Below, piece after piece: positions 51,369 through 64,000 of a DNA stretch of 64,000 nt. A program made the position numbers and the translations under genes. The stretch spans positions 76,248,057 to 76,312,056 of the forward strand of contig NC_068991.1 in NCBI RefSeq assembly GCF_001194135.2. Direction: 5' to 3'. Below the pieces are notes generated by a model. The model worked only from the letters and a program-made list of their open reading frames with translations, made no database searches and was not told where the DNA came from. Numbering within the stretch: position 1 is the stretch's first letter; the number at the start of each line of letters is the position of its first letter. The stretch is from Octopus bimaculoides (lineage: Eukaryota).

Positions 51369-51438
51369 CACACACACAGGTGTATCTCTATTAATCTTTC
51401 CGTATATCTATCTACTTTTCTGCCAATGTGTGCGTGTG

Positions 51439-51504
<66 letters not shown>

Positions 51505-52236
51505 CAAAGCCACTTATTTCATTATATTCGAATATTCTCAAACTTATATATATATGTATCTCTAAAAAGTTTTGCGCATAAATATGTTTGTGTATGTGGT
51601 GGGGTAAGGTGAGGATGTATGTTGAGTGGGTGTGGGGTGTGGGGGTGTGAATTTATGTGTTTGCATATAAATATATATATGTATCTATCTGAGTATACGG
51701 CATAACTTTACGTTTTACAATATAGTCAGGAATAAACAACATTAGCAGTTACGTACAACTTTTTCTATACACGAACAAGGTTACTCTATAACACAGGATG
51801 TTTTCTGGGGTTCCAATCTCTTAACATAGCTGAAGGCCATCTGAGATTCTTACACATTACTGAATCTGTTCTACTGTACAAAAAAAAAATATAGTAAGGT
51901 TACCTGACTTCTCAGAATATTACATAATCAATAGGTAACAGATATACTTATTTATGCGAATGACGAGAAGTTTGGAAACAGAGGTCAGAAGGTATCTCGA
52001 AGCATTATTTCTACAGTATAAAGTTCAGTAGTTTCATTTAGCTAATCTTGTTTTCCATTAATATATATTTCTCCGCTTTCGATTAATATATGTTTCTCTT
52101 GCAATATTCATGTAATCTGTGAAAATATGATTCGGCCGTAATGTTGCTTTATTGGATGAGAAAACGGATATATAATCAGTCGCAGAACATTCTGTAATGA
52201 TAGTTGCCTCCACCTCCTTCTACCACTCTTAGGCCT

Positions 52237-52242
52237 ACTTCA

Positions 52243-52289
<47 letters not shown>

Positions 52290-52388
52290 CACTACTAGCA
52301 CTACTACTGCTGCTGCTACTGCAACTACCACTACTACAACGCATACTACTAGACGACGAATACTACTACCAGTAATCCTACAAGTAAA

Positions 52389-52431
<43 letters not shown>

Positions 52432-52511
52432 CGACGATGATGATGGTGGGGTTGGTGGTGATGATGATGATGATGAGGAGGAGGAGGAGGGTGATGATGA
52501 TGATGATGATA
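52237..52511. repeat. (ACT)n followed by (ATG)n compound microsatellite
   Basis: Directly visible; followed by a SINE B tail fragment ggggtcaatgtaatcgacttagcccc. Confidence 0.95.
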
Positions 52512-54606
52512 ATTTTAAATTTTGACATTGGGGTCAATGTAATCGACTTAGCCCCTCCTCCTCAATTGCTGCCGTTGTACAAACATTTCAAACCAATTTT
52601 AAATCCATTTCAATAGCTATTATCTACATTGACCCATTAGTTTGAAGCAAGCGATCATACTGATGTTATCTTCGTTGATTGGCGTTTTACGATTTTAAAC
52701 ACATCTAGAGAGATTTTTTTCTTCTTACAATTGCTTGGAAAACTTTAGTTTATCAAATATTTACGAAGACTTTGTTACGTATACGAGGCCTCAGTATAAA
52801 TCTTAAATTAGGATAGCATTACATAGTTAAATATGTTAATGGAAAATGGTGTCCGTGTGGATTTAACCTTAAATCTAAATCAAATAATTGTTCCGTGTGT
52901 CGATATGTTCCATTAGCATGTGGAGCGCAAAGTGTTAAATTTTCAGGTCCTCAAACAACGGCGTGTGGGAATTTAGAAAATCACAGGGTGATGGGTTATT
53001 TCATATTTACAGAGAGTGTACGAGGATGTGATCCCAGTGAATAAAAGATGTCTAAGAGAGGTGATTGATATGCAGCGTGTAAGGGAGAAGCGTGTAAGAA
53101 AGAGATTGGTATGGAACTAATATACATTTGGGAAAAATTCAGAGAAATTCACAGTAACTTCTTATGAAGTGTGCATAATGCTGCATTTATATTAGGAGAT
53201 CCATTATCAATACTTTACTAATGACATTTTAATTTGAATCATGATGCAGCTTGCCGTAAGAAACCGGCGTCATTATTAGCATCTATAATAATATTTCAAA
53301 CGTGTATTTTTTTATGCTTGTATCTTCAGTTTAGGATATCGATCTTAGACAAGTTAGTTTAACTTAATGATCGTACAAGTATTTATTCAACCTTATAATA
53401 ATTGCATACAAAATATTAAATTTATTACACAGTTCATTGCTAAATGCTGTTTGCAGTAAATATTGTTTTCATTATACATTATACGTTGTTAATTTAATAT
53501 CTACCCCTTCAATTACTGCACGTTAAGTTTATTGAACTGTCAATCCAGCCAGATATTTGCATTTTTTCCCACCTCATTCACGTATTTCTGTTTATGAACT
53601 TAAATACATTTTAAACTGATATCCATCTTTTACAATTCTTTGTTTCCAAGTCCCGAGTTAAATGCGATATCTCAATAATATATTGTGGAAAACATACTGA
53701 AATGGGATGAAGAACATAGGATACATACCAATAGATTCTAGACAAACACACCGTATGTTGTAGAAGATTTTTAATTTCTTTCATTTAAACCTCGTTACGT
53801 ACCACATAAAGTATTTGTGCGGATATTGATATATTTTAATATGTATTTAGATACAATGCTGGATATTATCATTCCAGACCTGGTTTCTTCGTGAATATTC
53901 ATATCTTCTGTATTTTAGCTTAATTTAAAGAAACGTTTACTTCGTTGTCACAGATATTCATTCGTCTACAACTCTCAACAACGATTTATGCAACGTCCGA
54001 ACGGTATCCTTTATTTCGATATTTTATATTCCACACCAACGAAATCTGACTTAATACATGTTTAAGCAGAGAATATTCCAAAGCGAAAAGTAACAAGCAG
54101 TTAAGGGAATTCGCGCTTTCTACTTTTCCACGGGAATTGGATATTTGCTGACGGTTTAGATAGAAAGTCTATATGAAGAAAAAATCAGTGTCACACAAAG
54201 ATTTTATGACCGTAATGAAATTCTTACAAAAGCTATGAATGGAAAAGCATTCATTTTTATAACATAGGTGTATTAGTAACGTATACATTATGTCCAATTA
54301 TGAATTCCAAAACTTGCAGCAATTGTTAACAGAAAGAATTCGAATGCGTTCAGTTTTCAAAATCTACATCCACCACATTTAGTAGTATTGCAGGTGATAA
54401 ACTGTTCGTCTTGAGTTACCATTTATTTCTGAAAGAGATTAATACGCAGTCAGGATATTGCTTTCTGCTGTAGCTGTTTATCGCTAAATGAGCAGAACTA
54501 AAATGGCAGGCATTGCAATACATCTTTCGACTCATACATACAACTAATATATGAATTTTTGCAGACTTATTGATTTTTATGTATGCGAAGATGTAAAAGA
54601 ATCACA

Positions 54607-54642
<36 letters not shown>

Positions 54643-55909
54643 TATATGTATGTGTGTGTGTGTGCACTTGTGTTTGAATGTATATACGTATGTATGTGTG
54701 TATAAATTTGTATGTACACATATATTTGCATGTAAACACATATTCGTATGTATGCATGCATGTATGTTTGTATATATGTATGCATGTATGTTTGTATGTA
54801 AGTATATATGTATCTATGTGTGTGTGTAAATATGTATGTATACGATATATATACATGTAGATTGATAGCTAAATACATTCAGAGATAGATAACCGTCAGT
54901 AATAAGTGTGTCTCGTTGGGAGCGAGACGTAGAGCAAAACTTTCTACGCAACAACGCCGTAAATGCTTTATTATAAAACAAATGCATTTCACCTTCTCTC
55001 TGACGAGAGAACATAGCTGTAATTGTGTCAAATCTCCTTTGATTATCAGAGAGAGAATACCATGCGTGGAGGAATTATAGCTAATAGCTATGAATAGTAA
55101 TAAAATGTATTGCGTTTTCTCAATCCATCAGTTCAATTTGCATAGATATTGGTTGGCTGGTGACTTTCAATTCATTAAATATGCATTAGTGGTCACCCAT
55201 TCTACGCTCTATCTTTTCAAAATTTTCTTTACATCATGCCAGAACTATCACCGTATTGTGGCGATTGAAAGCTAATGTCATTTTCTTCTCGCTCCAAGAT
55301 GAGAAGAATTATACTATTTTACTGGTTTCAAATACTATCTCACTTTCAGCAGACACAGAATAATATACGAGAGAAAATTATAACTAAAATATGTATATTA
55401 GCAAGTCAGATAATTTCATACGTTTCGTTCTATAGTTATTTGAATTAAGACGAAAGATTTTTAGCGAGGTGTTATATAATTTTCGCAGTTTTATTCTTCC
55501 CGTACAACTTCTTTTTATCGATTTTAAAATTTGAACAAAGTTCCCCTCATTTCTAACAAATGAAAATGGATTGCCAAGTAGAAAAAAAAACTGAGTATTT
55601 CTGACATCTACCTCTCTTCGCTCTCAATGAACTTTCGAAAGTCGCAAAAACATCTTGAGACATCTGTGCTGTCTTCAGAGAAGGTCCTATTATGGAAAAA
55701 TTGCACACAAATAGTTTTTATGCTTCAAGGAGGGGAAATTCCACCTTACAGACTCTGAATTTTTGACGACCTGTGCAATTTAAGACTGAAGGAACTGATC
55801 TCCAAAACTCGTGCAAAACTGGTTGAAATTTAGTCCAGCAGATGGAATGCTCTCCTGATACAGTGACCCATCATATTCATTTAATGGGTAAGATCCGTTG
55901 AGGCATTCT

Positions 55910-56062
55910 ACTGAAACGATCCGACCCTCGACACAGCATGCTTATTCAAGACGACAACCGTTGCCCACCAGCTTACAAAATTGACCAGGAATACTATTCA
56001 AGAGCTCCTGTTGTTCTATCCCAACCACCGTAACCTCCCGATCGAGCGCCTTCAAATTATAT
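55910..56062 (+). mobile_element. mariner (DD34D-type) C-terminal relic
   Basis: QDDNR...TRNTIQEL / VLSQPP*PPDRAPSNY resembles HDNARPH...IQEL..EVLPHPPYSPDLAPSDY. Confidence 0.7.
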
Positions 56063-57048
56063 ACATATATAATTAGTGTACACTCAAACACAAACAGACG
56101 TTAGCCTTGACAGGTCACCTTACATGGTAGAAGTAACAGTCAAAAGTCCAAATCACAGTTAAGAGTAATTTCGAAGGGAATGAAAAATAAAACATTTACC
56201 ATGTTTTAGAGCCGGACATTAGGTTTCGAACTTTAATTAGCAAATGTTTAAATGTACACTAATTTTATNNNNNNNNNNATATATATATATATACACTCAG
56301 ACATTTACGCTACGCCTAAACACGTAGGCACAAAATCATACACACGTGTACAAACGCATAATTTCACATATTTTTGCATATATATGCCAAAATTAAATAT
56401 ATAAATATATGTGTATATATATATATACATGTGTGTGTGAGTGAGTGTGTGTGTGCGTATGTGTGTGTGTTTGTTTGTGTATGTGTTAAAACCAAATCCC
56501 TACACATGCACAAAATCTATTATGAATAGATATATGGTAGAGAAATACAAAAATTTACTTATGCAAATATTCGAGTCTCTAGTAAAATAAATAGCGTGTT
56601 GATTTCGATATAATTACTATCATATATTGTGTATTCTGCATGTTAACAAAGCATCTCGTACTTTCAAATATGTGTTATATTCATACCAGATGTGAGCAAA
56701 AACCAAAAACATTCCATCTTTAAATCTAAAAACTTGCTTCCGATTCCTTACATTTGTTATTAGAACATCGAAGGATATTTTTTGTTCAGCTTTACATTCT
56801 GATATTTTTATGTATTTGTTTTAATGTTTTCTTCTAGTAATTTCTTTTGGCAATTCGGAATAATATTTCTCATCATCGATTTTTATTTTCGATGTTGTTG
56901 TTGTTCTCAATCTACTGAGGCTGTTTATGTGTGTTTTTTCAATGGGTGAAAAAATAAAGGTTGTATTATTATACATAGCTGACAGATGAAACATATACAC
57001 CACATACATGCATCAACATACCACACACACACACACATACGCACACAC

Positions 57049-57088
<40 letters not shown>

Positions 57089-58159
57089 AACATACATATA
57101 TATAGATCGATAGACAAGTAGACAGATAGATAGACAGAGAGACAGGCAAACATAGATGCATACATACAGACATACATACATACGTACGTGCATAAATATA
57201 TACATACATTTATACACATGTAAGTAGGTAGATAGGTAGGTAAGTTAGTTGGTAGACATCAAAGGTGTCATCTTTAAGTTGGCACCAATTTAGTTGACTA
57301 GAAGTATATAACTTTTTTATAGAAACTGTGATTCTCATGGCTCAAGTTTCCTTGCTTTTGTTTATAGAAGGAAATGTTTGTGGCGAAATACATGAGAAAG
57401 GAAGCACTGCATACAGACAGAGAGAGGAAGAGCGCGAGAGGCCGAAGTTAAGCGAGAGATATATGTAGAATTAACAAGAGAAACGTGAACGGAGAAAATG
57501 AAAAAAATATTCCATGCAATCAATTATTGCCTTTTTCGTGATAGTTAAGGTAATCGAAGAAAAAATATGTTAAACATATTTGACCTGTACTTGCTAAAAT
57601 ATATAGCAGCATGCATTAATCTTAGTATGTTTTTATACACCATTCTTTCCATTTTATGCTTGCATATCAAAAAAAAATGGTCGAATTAACTGAATAATAT
57701 GTTTTATAGCTAAAATCAAAGCAGACTGAATCATAACAAAAAAAAAAGAAGCTACACAAACATATAATCATACATACATATATATATATCATATCATTTT
57801 TTAAATTTTATTTAATATTACATTGCATGTATATATACAAACATATATTTATATATATGCATATTATATTTATAATTTTTATATAAATAAATATATATAT
57901 GTATATATGCATATATATGAATATATATATGTATATTATATATATATGTATATTATATATATATATATATATATNNNNNNNNNNNNNNNNNNNNNNNNNN
58001 NNNNNNNNNNNNNNNNNNNNNNNNNNNNNNNNNNNNNNNNNNNNNNNNNNNNNNNNNNNNNNNNNNNNNNNNNNNNNNNNNNNNNNNNNNNNNNNNNNNN
58101 NNNNNNNNNNNNNNNNNNNNNNNNNNNNNNNNNNNNNNNNNNNNNNNNNNTATATATAT

Positions 58160-58202
58160 ATTTGTTTTGCATGGCAATATGACCATCCCCAAGTACAACA
58201 AC
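58160..58202 (+). mobile_element. Terminal stub of the same PLE family as the 15.7-16.2 kb element, embedded in (AT)n
   Basis: tggcaatatgaccatccccaagtacaacaa vs reverse complement of about 15764-15794. Confidence 0.6.
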
Positions 58203-58457
58203 ATATATATATATTTATTTATTTATATATATAAATATATATATGTATATATGTATATAAATGAAGATATATATATGCATATTATATATATATATATATT
58301 GATAGAAATAAATATATGTATACATGCAATGCATATATATTTGTGTGTATATATATATAAATATATATATGCAAATGTGTATTTATGTAAATATATATGT
58401 TCTTTGCTTATAAAGAAAACTATGTTTACATACAAGNNNNNNNNNNNNNNNNNNNNN

Positions 58458-58498
<41 letters not shown>

Positions 58499-59170
58499 TA
58501 TCATAAAAGCATACCTCTATATTCCTTTTATTATCTCTTGTCAGGAAGTTTAATATAAAGGAAATATTTTAATCATGTTGAATGTCGTTGTACTCTTTGT
58601 GTCTCATCAATGCACGATCAGTTGTAAAGCAGTTTTATTGCAGTCTTATGTTTTGTCAAAAGAAACAAAAACAAAACAAACATTAAAAAAAATATTATAC
58701 ATGAATGTGTTACCGAACTTGTTGATCGACATATTACATTGTGTGTCTCTTAAATTTGCTAATGAAAGACCTGTTCGTTCTTTTACATAGATATACAAGA
58801 CAAGCGGCTGACTTTAGCAAAAACACATATAGACACACATCCGACTTATATACAGACACCGTGCATAAATCATGGGTATGCATATAGGTATACATCTATA
58901 TATAAATATTTTTTTATATTCTTTTATATAAACGCGGCACAGCAATCGTTTCGGCTTACAGGATATTATACAGCCTGTCATGAAAGCAATCGTTACGCCA
59001 CACTTTAAATAGATACGCACACACACACACACACAGATACACACATATATAATATTTATTACATAACTATATGTAATATATACATATACATGTATAACAT
59101 ATATAATACATATATATATATATATATATATGTGTGTGTATATATATATGTGTATCTATATATATCATAT

Positions 59171-59206
<36 letters not shown>

Positions 59207-59685
59207 NNNNNNNNNNNNNNNNNNNNNNNNNNNNNNNNNNNNNNNNNNNNNNNNNNNNNNNNNNNNNNNNNNNNNNNNNNNNNNNNNNNNNNNNNNNNNN
59301 NNNNNNNNNNNNNNNNNNNNNNNNNNNNNNNNNNNNNNNNNNNNNNNNNNNNNNNNNNNNNNNNNNNNNNNNNNNNNNNNNNNNNNNNNNNNNNNNNNNN
59401 NNNNNNNNNNNNNNNNNNNNNNNNNNNNNNNNNNNNNNNNNNNNNNNNNNNNNNNNNNNNNNNNNNNNNNNNNNNNNNNNNNNNNNNNNNNNNNNNNNNN
59501 NNNNNNNNNNNNNNNNNNNNNNNNNNNNNNNNNNNNNNNNNNNNNNNNNNNNNNNNNNNNNNNNNNNNNNNNNNNNNNNNNNNNNNNNNNNNNNNNNNNN
59601 NNNNNNNNNNNNNNNNNGATGGGGGATTGAGGAGGAGGGGAGGAGGATGGAGGATGGAGAATAGGAGTAAGAATGAGAAGAAGAA

Positions 59686-59828
59686 GAAGAAGAAGAAGAA
59701 AGAAGAACAAGAACAAGAACAAGAACATGAACAAGAACAAGAACAAGAAAGAAGAAGAAGAAGAAGAACAAGAACAAGAAGAAGAAGAAGAGCAACAACA
59801 ACAATGGCAGCAGCAACAACAACAACGA
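59686..59828. repeat. (GAA)n/(GAACAA)n/(CAA)n purine-rich repeat
   Basis: Directly visible. Confidence 0.95.
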
Positions 59829-60879
59829 CAACTGCTCAACTACACAACGCATGGAGAATATGAAATGCATGTGGAACCAGAAAAAAAGGCCGATTTTCAA
59901 CGGGTGGTTGAAAACTCTAATAAGAATATAAGAAATTAATTTTAAAAAATATCTAAGGAAACAAACATGGAGAAGTAATTAGAGCTGGATAAAGCAATGG
60001 AAATTTATATTAGCTTATAGTATCGATTCGTTATATCACAATGTAAAGTGTTCGCTTAATTAGGTTTTATGGTTTATATAGATTTAAAAATGCAAAGTAT
60101 GCATGAAGTATAACGCTTAATTATAATTGCAGGGTTCGTAGATATTCAGTTATTATTAGAAAATATATCTAAGCAGTCAAAATGATAAGTATAGAAAACG
60201 ATTCTTCGTTGGTAGATTATGTTTTTGGTGAATAGTTGGAATTAAAAAGACTATTCTTTGTGTTCGGTTCGCTTCATGCATAACAGATATTCCTGCTTTT
60301 TAGGTGCAGTTCTGTTTCGGCTGTGTTGATTGGAAGCAACTAACTTTTGGAGAAAATTGTAATAGAGTCTGAGAGTTTAGTATTGTTTGTTTTTTAAATG
60401 AATATACAGTGCGATTTATGCGAAGAACCGTTTTATTTTTTTAAAGAAAATAATAAAATATTTGGTTAAGATTTCTGCTAAACTTAATTTAATACCAAGC
60501 ATTTTAATTTTTTTTTATTAATTATTTGCTTAATAACTCAAGTAGTTTCTTCGCTATGTAAAATTTTCCACTTGAATCCACTTCTTAGAAAATTATCGTA
60601 AAAATGTTTGAAACAATAACTAAATATAATCTTGATAAGTACAGTGCTTAAACAGTTTAAGAGAAAGATAATATTTTTCACTAAATTATGTCTCTAACTC
60701 GATTAGATTCTTCATGGATATTGTCCAAAATTTCTCTCAGTGTGCCATCTAAAAGCGAGTGACTTCGAAGAACGATTGTCAGCAATTGGATTAGAACGGG
60801 TGATTTTTTAAATATTTATATTTATATACCGAGACCTATTACCCAATTATTAGGAAGGGGTAGCCACAACCAGACACAC

Positions 60880-61290
60880 AGCAGGCATTCCATTCATTTC
60901 TCATCTCAAAGAGGCGAGCCCCGTTCTATGCCCGGGTCAAGGTATAGAATGCATCCCTCAGTATCAGCAGCGAGGCCCAACAGCATATGCTGGTTTACCC
61001 CCGTCGCATCATACTGGTTCCGTACCCCTTTGAGCAACATCAAATTCACTCATCCGTCCAGAAACACTCTCTTGTGTTCTCTCACTCCAACACTTCTACC
61101 CAAAGCTTTCCTCACTCCATTCATCCACACAAACTGAGGTCTGCCTCTGGTTCTGCTGCCTACCACTTCTGCTTTCGCTCAGTAACAGCACATCCATCCT
61201 TCTCATCATCGTAACACTCTCTATTTCTCTCCTCTTTACCTCACTTGTACTACACCAACGCACATTCCATGACCCCAGCACTAGGGTGAG
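60880..61290 (-). mobile_element. RTE-like LINE AP-endonuclease relic
   Basis: LGSWNVR...KRREI...RRMDVLLLSE matches the APE N-terminal WNVR and DxLxLSE motifs; frameshifts and stops follow. Confidence 0.8.
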
Positions 61291-61398
61291 ATTAGGTGTT
61301 AACCTCCTTCCACCTCATTTTTCTTGTTGTCATTTTAAGAATATGAAATTACTAGGAGTGGATTCCCTCTCCCTTCGCTCCCACCCCTTTTAGCCGCA

Positions 61399-61612
61399 TC
61401 TTATTTCTTTATTCCCCACAAGGGGCTAAACATAGAGGGGACAAACAAAGACAGAGAAAGTAATTATGTCCATTACACTACCCTAGTGCGTAACTGGTAC
61501 TTAATTTATCGACCCCAAAAGGATGAAAAGCAATGTCAACCTCCGCAGAATTTGAACTCAGAACGTAACGGCAGACGAAATACCGCTAAGTACTTCGCCC
61601 GGCGTGCTAACG
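61399..61612 (-). mobile_element. SINE family B, tail type 1, head slightly truncated
   Basis: cgttagcacgccgggcgaagtacttagcgg...gagttcaaattctgcgg...ggggtcgataaattaagtaccag...cccctctatgtttagccccttgtgggg. Confidence 0.93.
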
Positions 61613-61829
61613 CAAGGAATACGACGGACGACGGCATTGTAACCCCCCCCCGCTCCCCATCGCAGTGGGGTCAAATGGGTAATACAAATGATTTAAGATA
61701 AATCGATTAAATCACTTTTTAAGCAGAAACGTGTCAGAATGAAATATGAAGAATTTAAATTCTACTAAATTCATTTCCAAGATATGTAACTCTCTATTCT
61801 TCATTACTATCTTGTGGTATATATATATC

Positions 61830-62100
61830 TTGAGATTATGAGAGGTAATGGTGTCAAGAAGACCCAAAGGTGTCAGGTAACGCTGAGTACGTGCTTTGGA
61901 CAGACTATAGTTAAGCTCCAGGTTCCGTGATTATGCGAATGAGGAGTCCAGCGTAGGTCATATATCAACATGCGTATATATAAAAATTAACAGAATGAGA
62001 TAAAAATCCAAGGCTGTGAAAGATTTCAGAACATTTATAAAGAGAAGGTCTTATAACAGTTTCCGGGATATTTTATATATACCTTCATCGAAGACGGTAC
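61830..62100 (-). mobile_element. PLE-type 3' end with mutated hammerhead (62047-62097)
   Basis: Minus strand gtct-tcgatga-agg...atatcccg-GAAA-ctgtta-TA-agac: stem I gtct/agac, core mutated; ends at a short (AT)n. Confidence 0.55.
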
Positions 62101-62299
62101 GAGAAAATGGTTTAGCAATAGTTATTCTAGAGAAGATATGAAATAGAGAGTGAAATGGAGGAATGAAAATAGACGTGAGATATGCAAGGATATTGTGTCT
62201 ACAGTTCCATTATTTAAGCAGAATGTTATACACATAAGTTTCCTGTGCCTTCTGTGTAAGATCCAACATTATTTAAAATTGGTAAAAAAAAACACCTTT

Positions 62300-62530
62300 T
62301 ATGCTTCGAAACCACTGGACGACTCGTTCACTTGAGTGCGCCTCATACACTCCTCTCCATACACTTTCTGCAACATTGCGTAGGCTACTGAGCAGATATT
62401 GTCATTACAGCTTTGTCCTGGTCAATGCGATGTCCACATGCTACACACTTTCCTTCCAAGCACTGCTGAAAACAGCGGAAGTGAGTTAAGACATTAAAAT
62501 TTGGTACGCATGCACAGCCGAGTTGATCTG
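62300..62530 (-). mobile_element. mariner 5' region / N-terminal relic
   Basis: AYAMLQKVYGEECMRRTQV resembles the mariner TY.ML.KVYGEECMSR.QV.EW pattern. Confidence 0.75.
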
Positions 62531-62726
62531 TGCCAACCGGCTTTACTATGCGTGTTTTAGCTTTGTTACTATGGCAAGAGTGCGCATACTTATTGATCAG
62601 ACCTCGTATAGACACAACTAAGCATATATATGTATACTTATCTCTACTTAAGTATGCGCACTCGCTCGCACACAACGGACAGACACTATGTTTGCATGTA
62701 TGTATGTATATATACATGCATATATG

Positions 62727-62824
<98 letters not shown>

Positions 62825-62842
62825 NNNNNNNNNNNNNNNNTA

Positions 62843-62874
<32 letters not shown>

Positions 62875-63181
62875 CATATTTACACGCACACACGCACACA
62901 CAAATATATATTATTATAAGTGTACTTATATTTCATATACATATACACATATAGTATGGTGCAATTGCGTACGAAATTATGTTCCAAGTCGAATGCTGAT
63001 CTATAAATAATCACACACATAAATGCATTTATGGATATGTTAAACACTTATCTATTGATTGAAAAGTGAAACTTTGGATGCGAAGATATTTTTTCATGCA
63101 GAGAAATGAGAGAAAATTTTCAGAGCTCTATCAATCTATATCTGTAAAAAATATAGTACATACATACATATATACATACAT

Positions 63182-63229
<48 letters not shown>

Positions 63230-63608
63230 ATATATATACATTCATACAAACGCACACATATTTATATACATACATATATACATATATATATATNNNNNNN
63301 NNNNNNNNNNNNNNNNNNNNNNNNNNNNNNNNNNNNNNNNNNNNNNNNNNNNNNNNNNNNNNNNNNNNNNNNNNNNNNNNNNNNNNNNNNNNNNNNNNNN
63401 NNNNNNNNNNNNNNNNNNNNNNNNNNNNNNNNNNNNNNNNNNNNNNNNNNNNNNNNNNGGATTTGACTGCTATTTTTTCAGCGTGGTGGTATCTCTTGAT
63501 ACCCTGTATTATAACTTTAAATAATTTTAAATAATTATTACCTTTGATGGTTTTTATTCCCATGCTGACCACTTGATAAGATCAATATTTTAAATATCGA
63601 TCTTATCC

Positions 63609-63654
<46 letters not shown>

Positions 63655-64000
63655 AGGTATATATCTATATACAAACATAAATACATAGAAATACATATAC
63701 ATGTGTGTGTGCGTATGTGTGTGTGTGTAATATATGCATATATCCATACATATACGTGCATGCATTTCCAATAAATTGATGAATAATGAATAACCACCAT
63801 TCACCTCAGACACACCCTCTCCCATGAAATACCTGCGCCTACTACCCTATCAATAAGTAACTTGAATCGTGATTATAAGAAAACCTGCGGTGGTACAGAC
63901 ACGAAACATTGCTTCACGATGTTCTGTCAAACTTATTGAATTTAAAAAGTTTCCTGAACTCTTAGAAATTCTTGAAAACGATAGAATTTTTGTAGACTTT

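Noticed and set aside
28812-51880. Further tiny acceptor-donor pairs (28812-28833 minus, 39717-39733 plus, about 45135-45155 minus, about 51855-51875 minus)
   Set aside because: They occur on both strands at similar density, as expected from chance in AT-rich DNA. This also tempers the microexon candidates reported above.
58942-58995. Possible further hammerhead (gtttcggct...agcctgtcatgaa)
   Set aside because: The core is too degenerate and stems I and III cannot be formed.
59673-59939. Poly-R/K/E/Q ORF
   Set aside because: It derives from (GAA)/(CAA) repeats next to a gap.
62411-62480. 70-nt plus-strand exon with good splice sites
   Set aside because: It lies antisense within a mariner relic.
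2658-63825. Most ORF-track entries (LSIY, YIYI, THTH, MYVC, poly-X and similar)
   Set aside because: They are translations of microsatellites and N-gaps, not genes.

Overview
AT-rich, microsatellite-dense eukaryotic DNA with about 15 N-gaps. The SINE and LINE repertoire suggests an octopus or other cephalopod genome (inference from recalled repeat families, no database search). I cannot name any host protein-coding gene. Nearly all ORF-track entries are translations of simple repeats or gaps. Supported content: (i) two abundant tRNA-derived SINE families, here A and B, and traces of a third (C); (ii) relics of R4/Dong, RTE and CR1/Jockey-type LINEs; (iii) several Penelope-like element (PLE) ends, one with a near-intact minimal hammerhead ribozyme at 15874-15915 (-); (iv) DNA transposon relics (Chapaev3-like, Tc1, mariner, maT/DD37D) and a 218-bp TTAA-flanked piggyBac-type MITE. 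The only substantial ORF (18775-19599) is an in-frame chimera of a Chapaev3-like transposase fragment and a PLE GIY-YIG region. A CpG-rich, non-repeat island at about 27.95-28.39 kb is the best candidate for the 5' end of a minus-strand gene. A few short splice-site-bounded exon candidates are unverified. There is no CRISPR array, rRNA or true tRNA. I found no convincing new multi-gene system. Relic boundaries are approximate.
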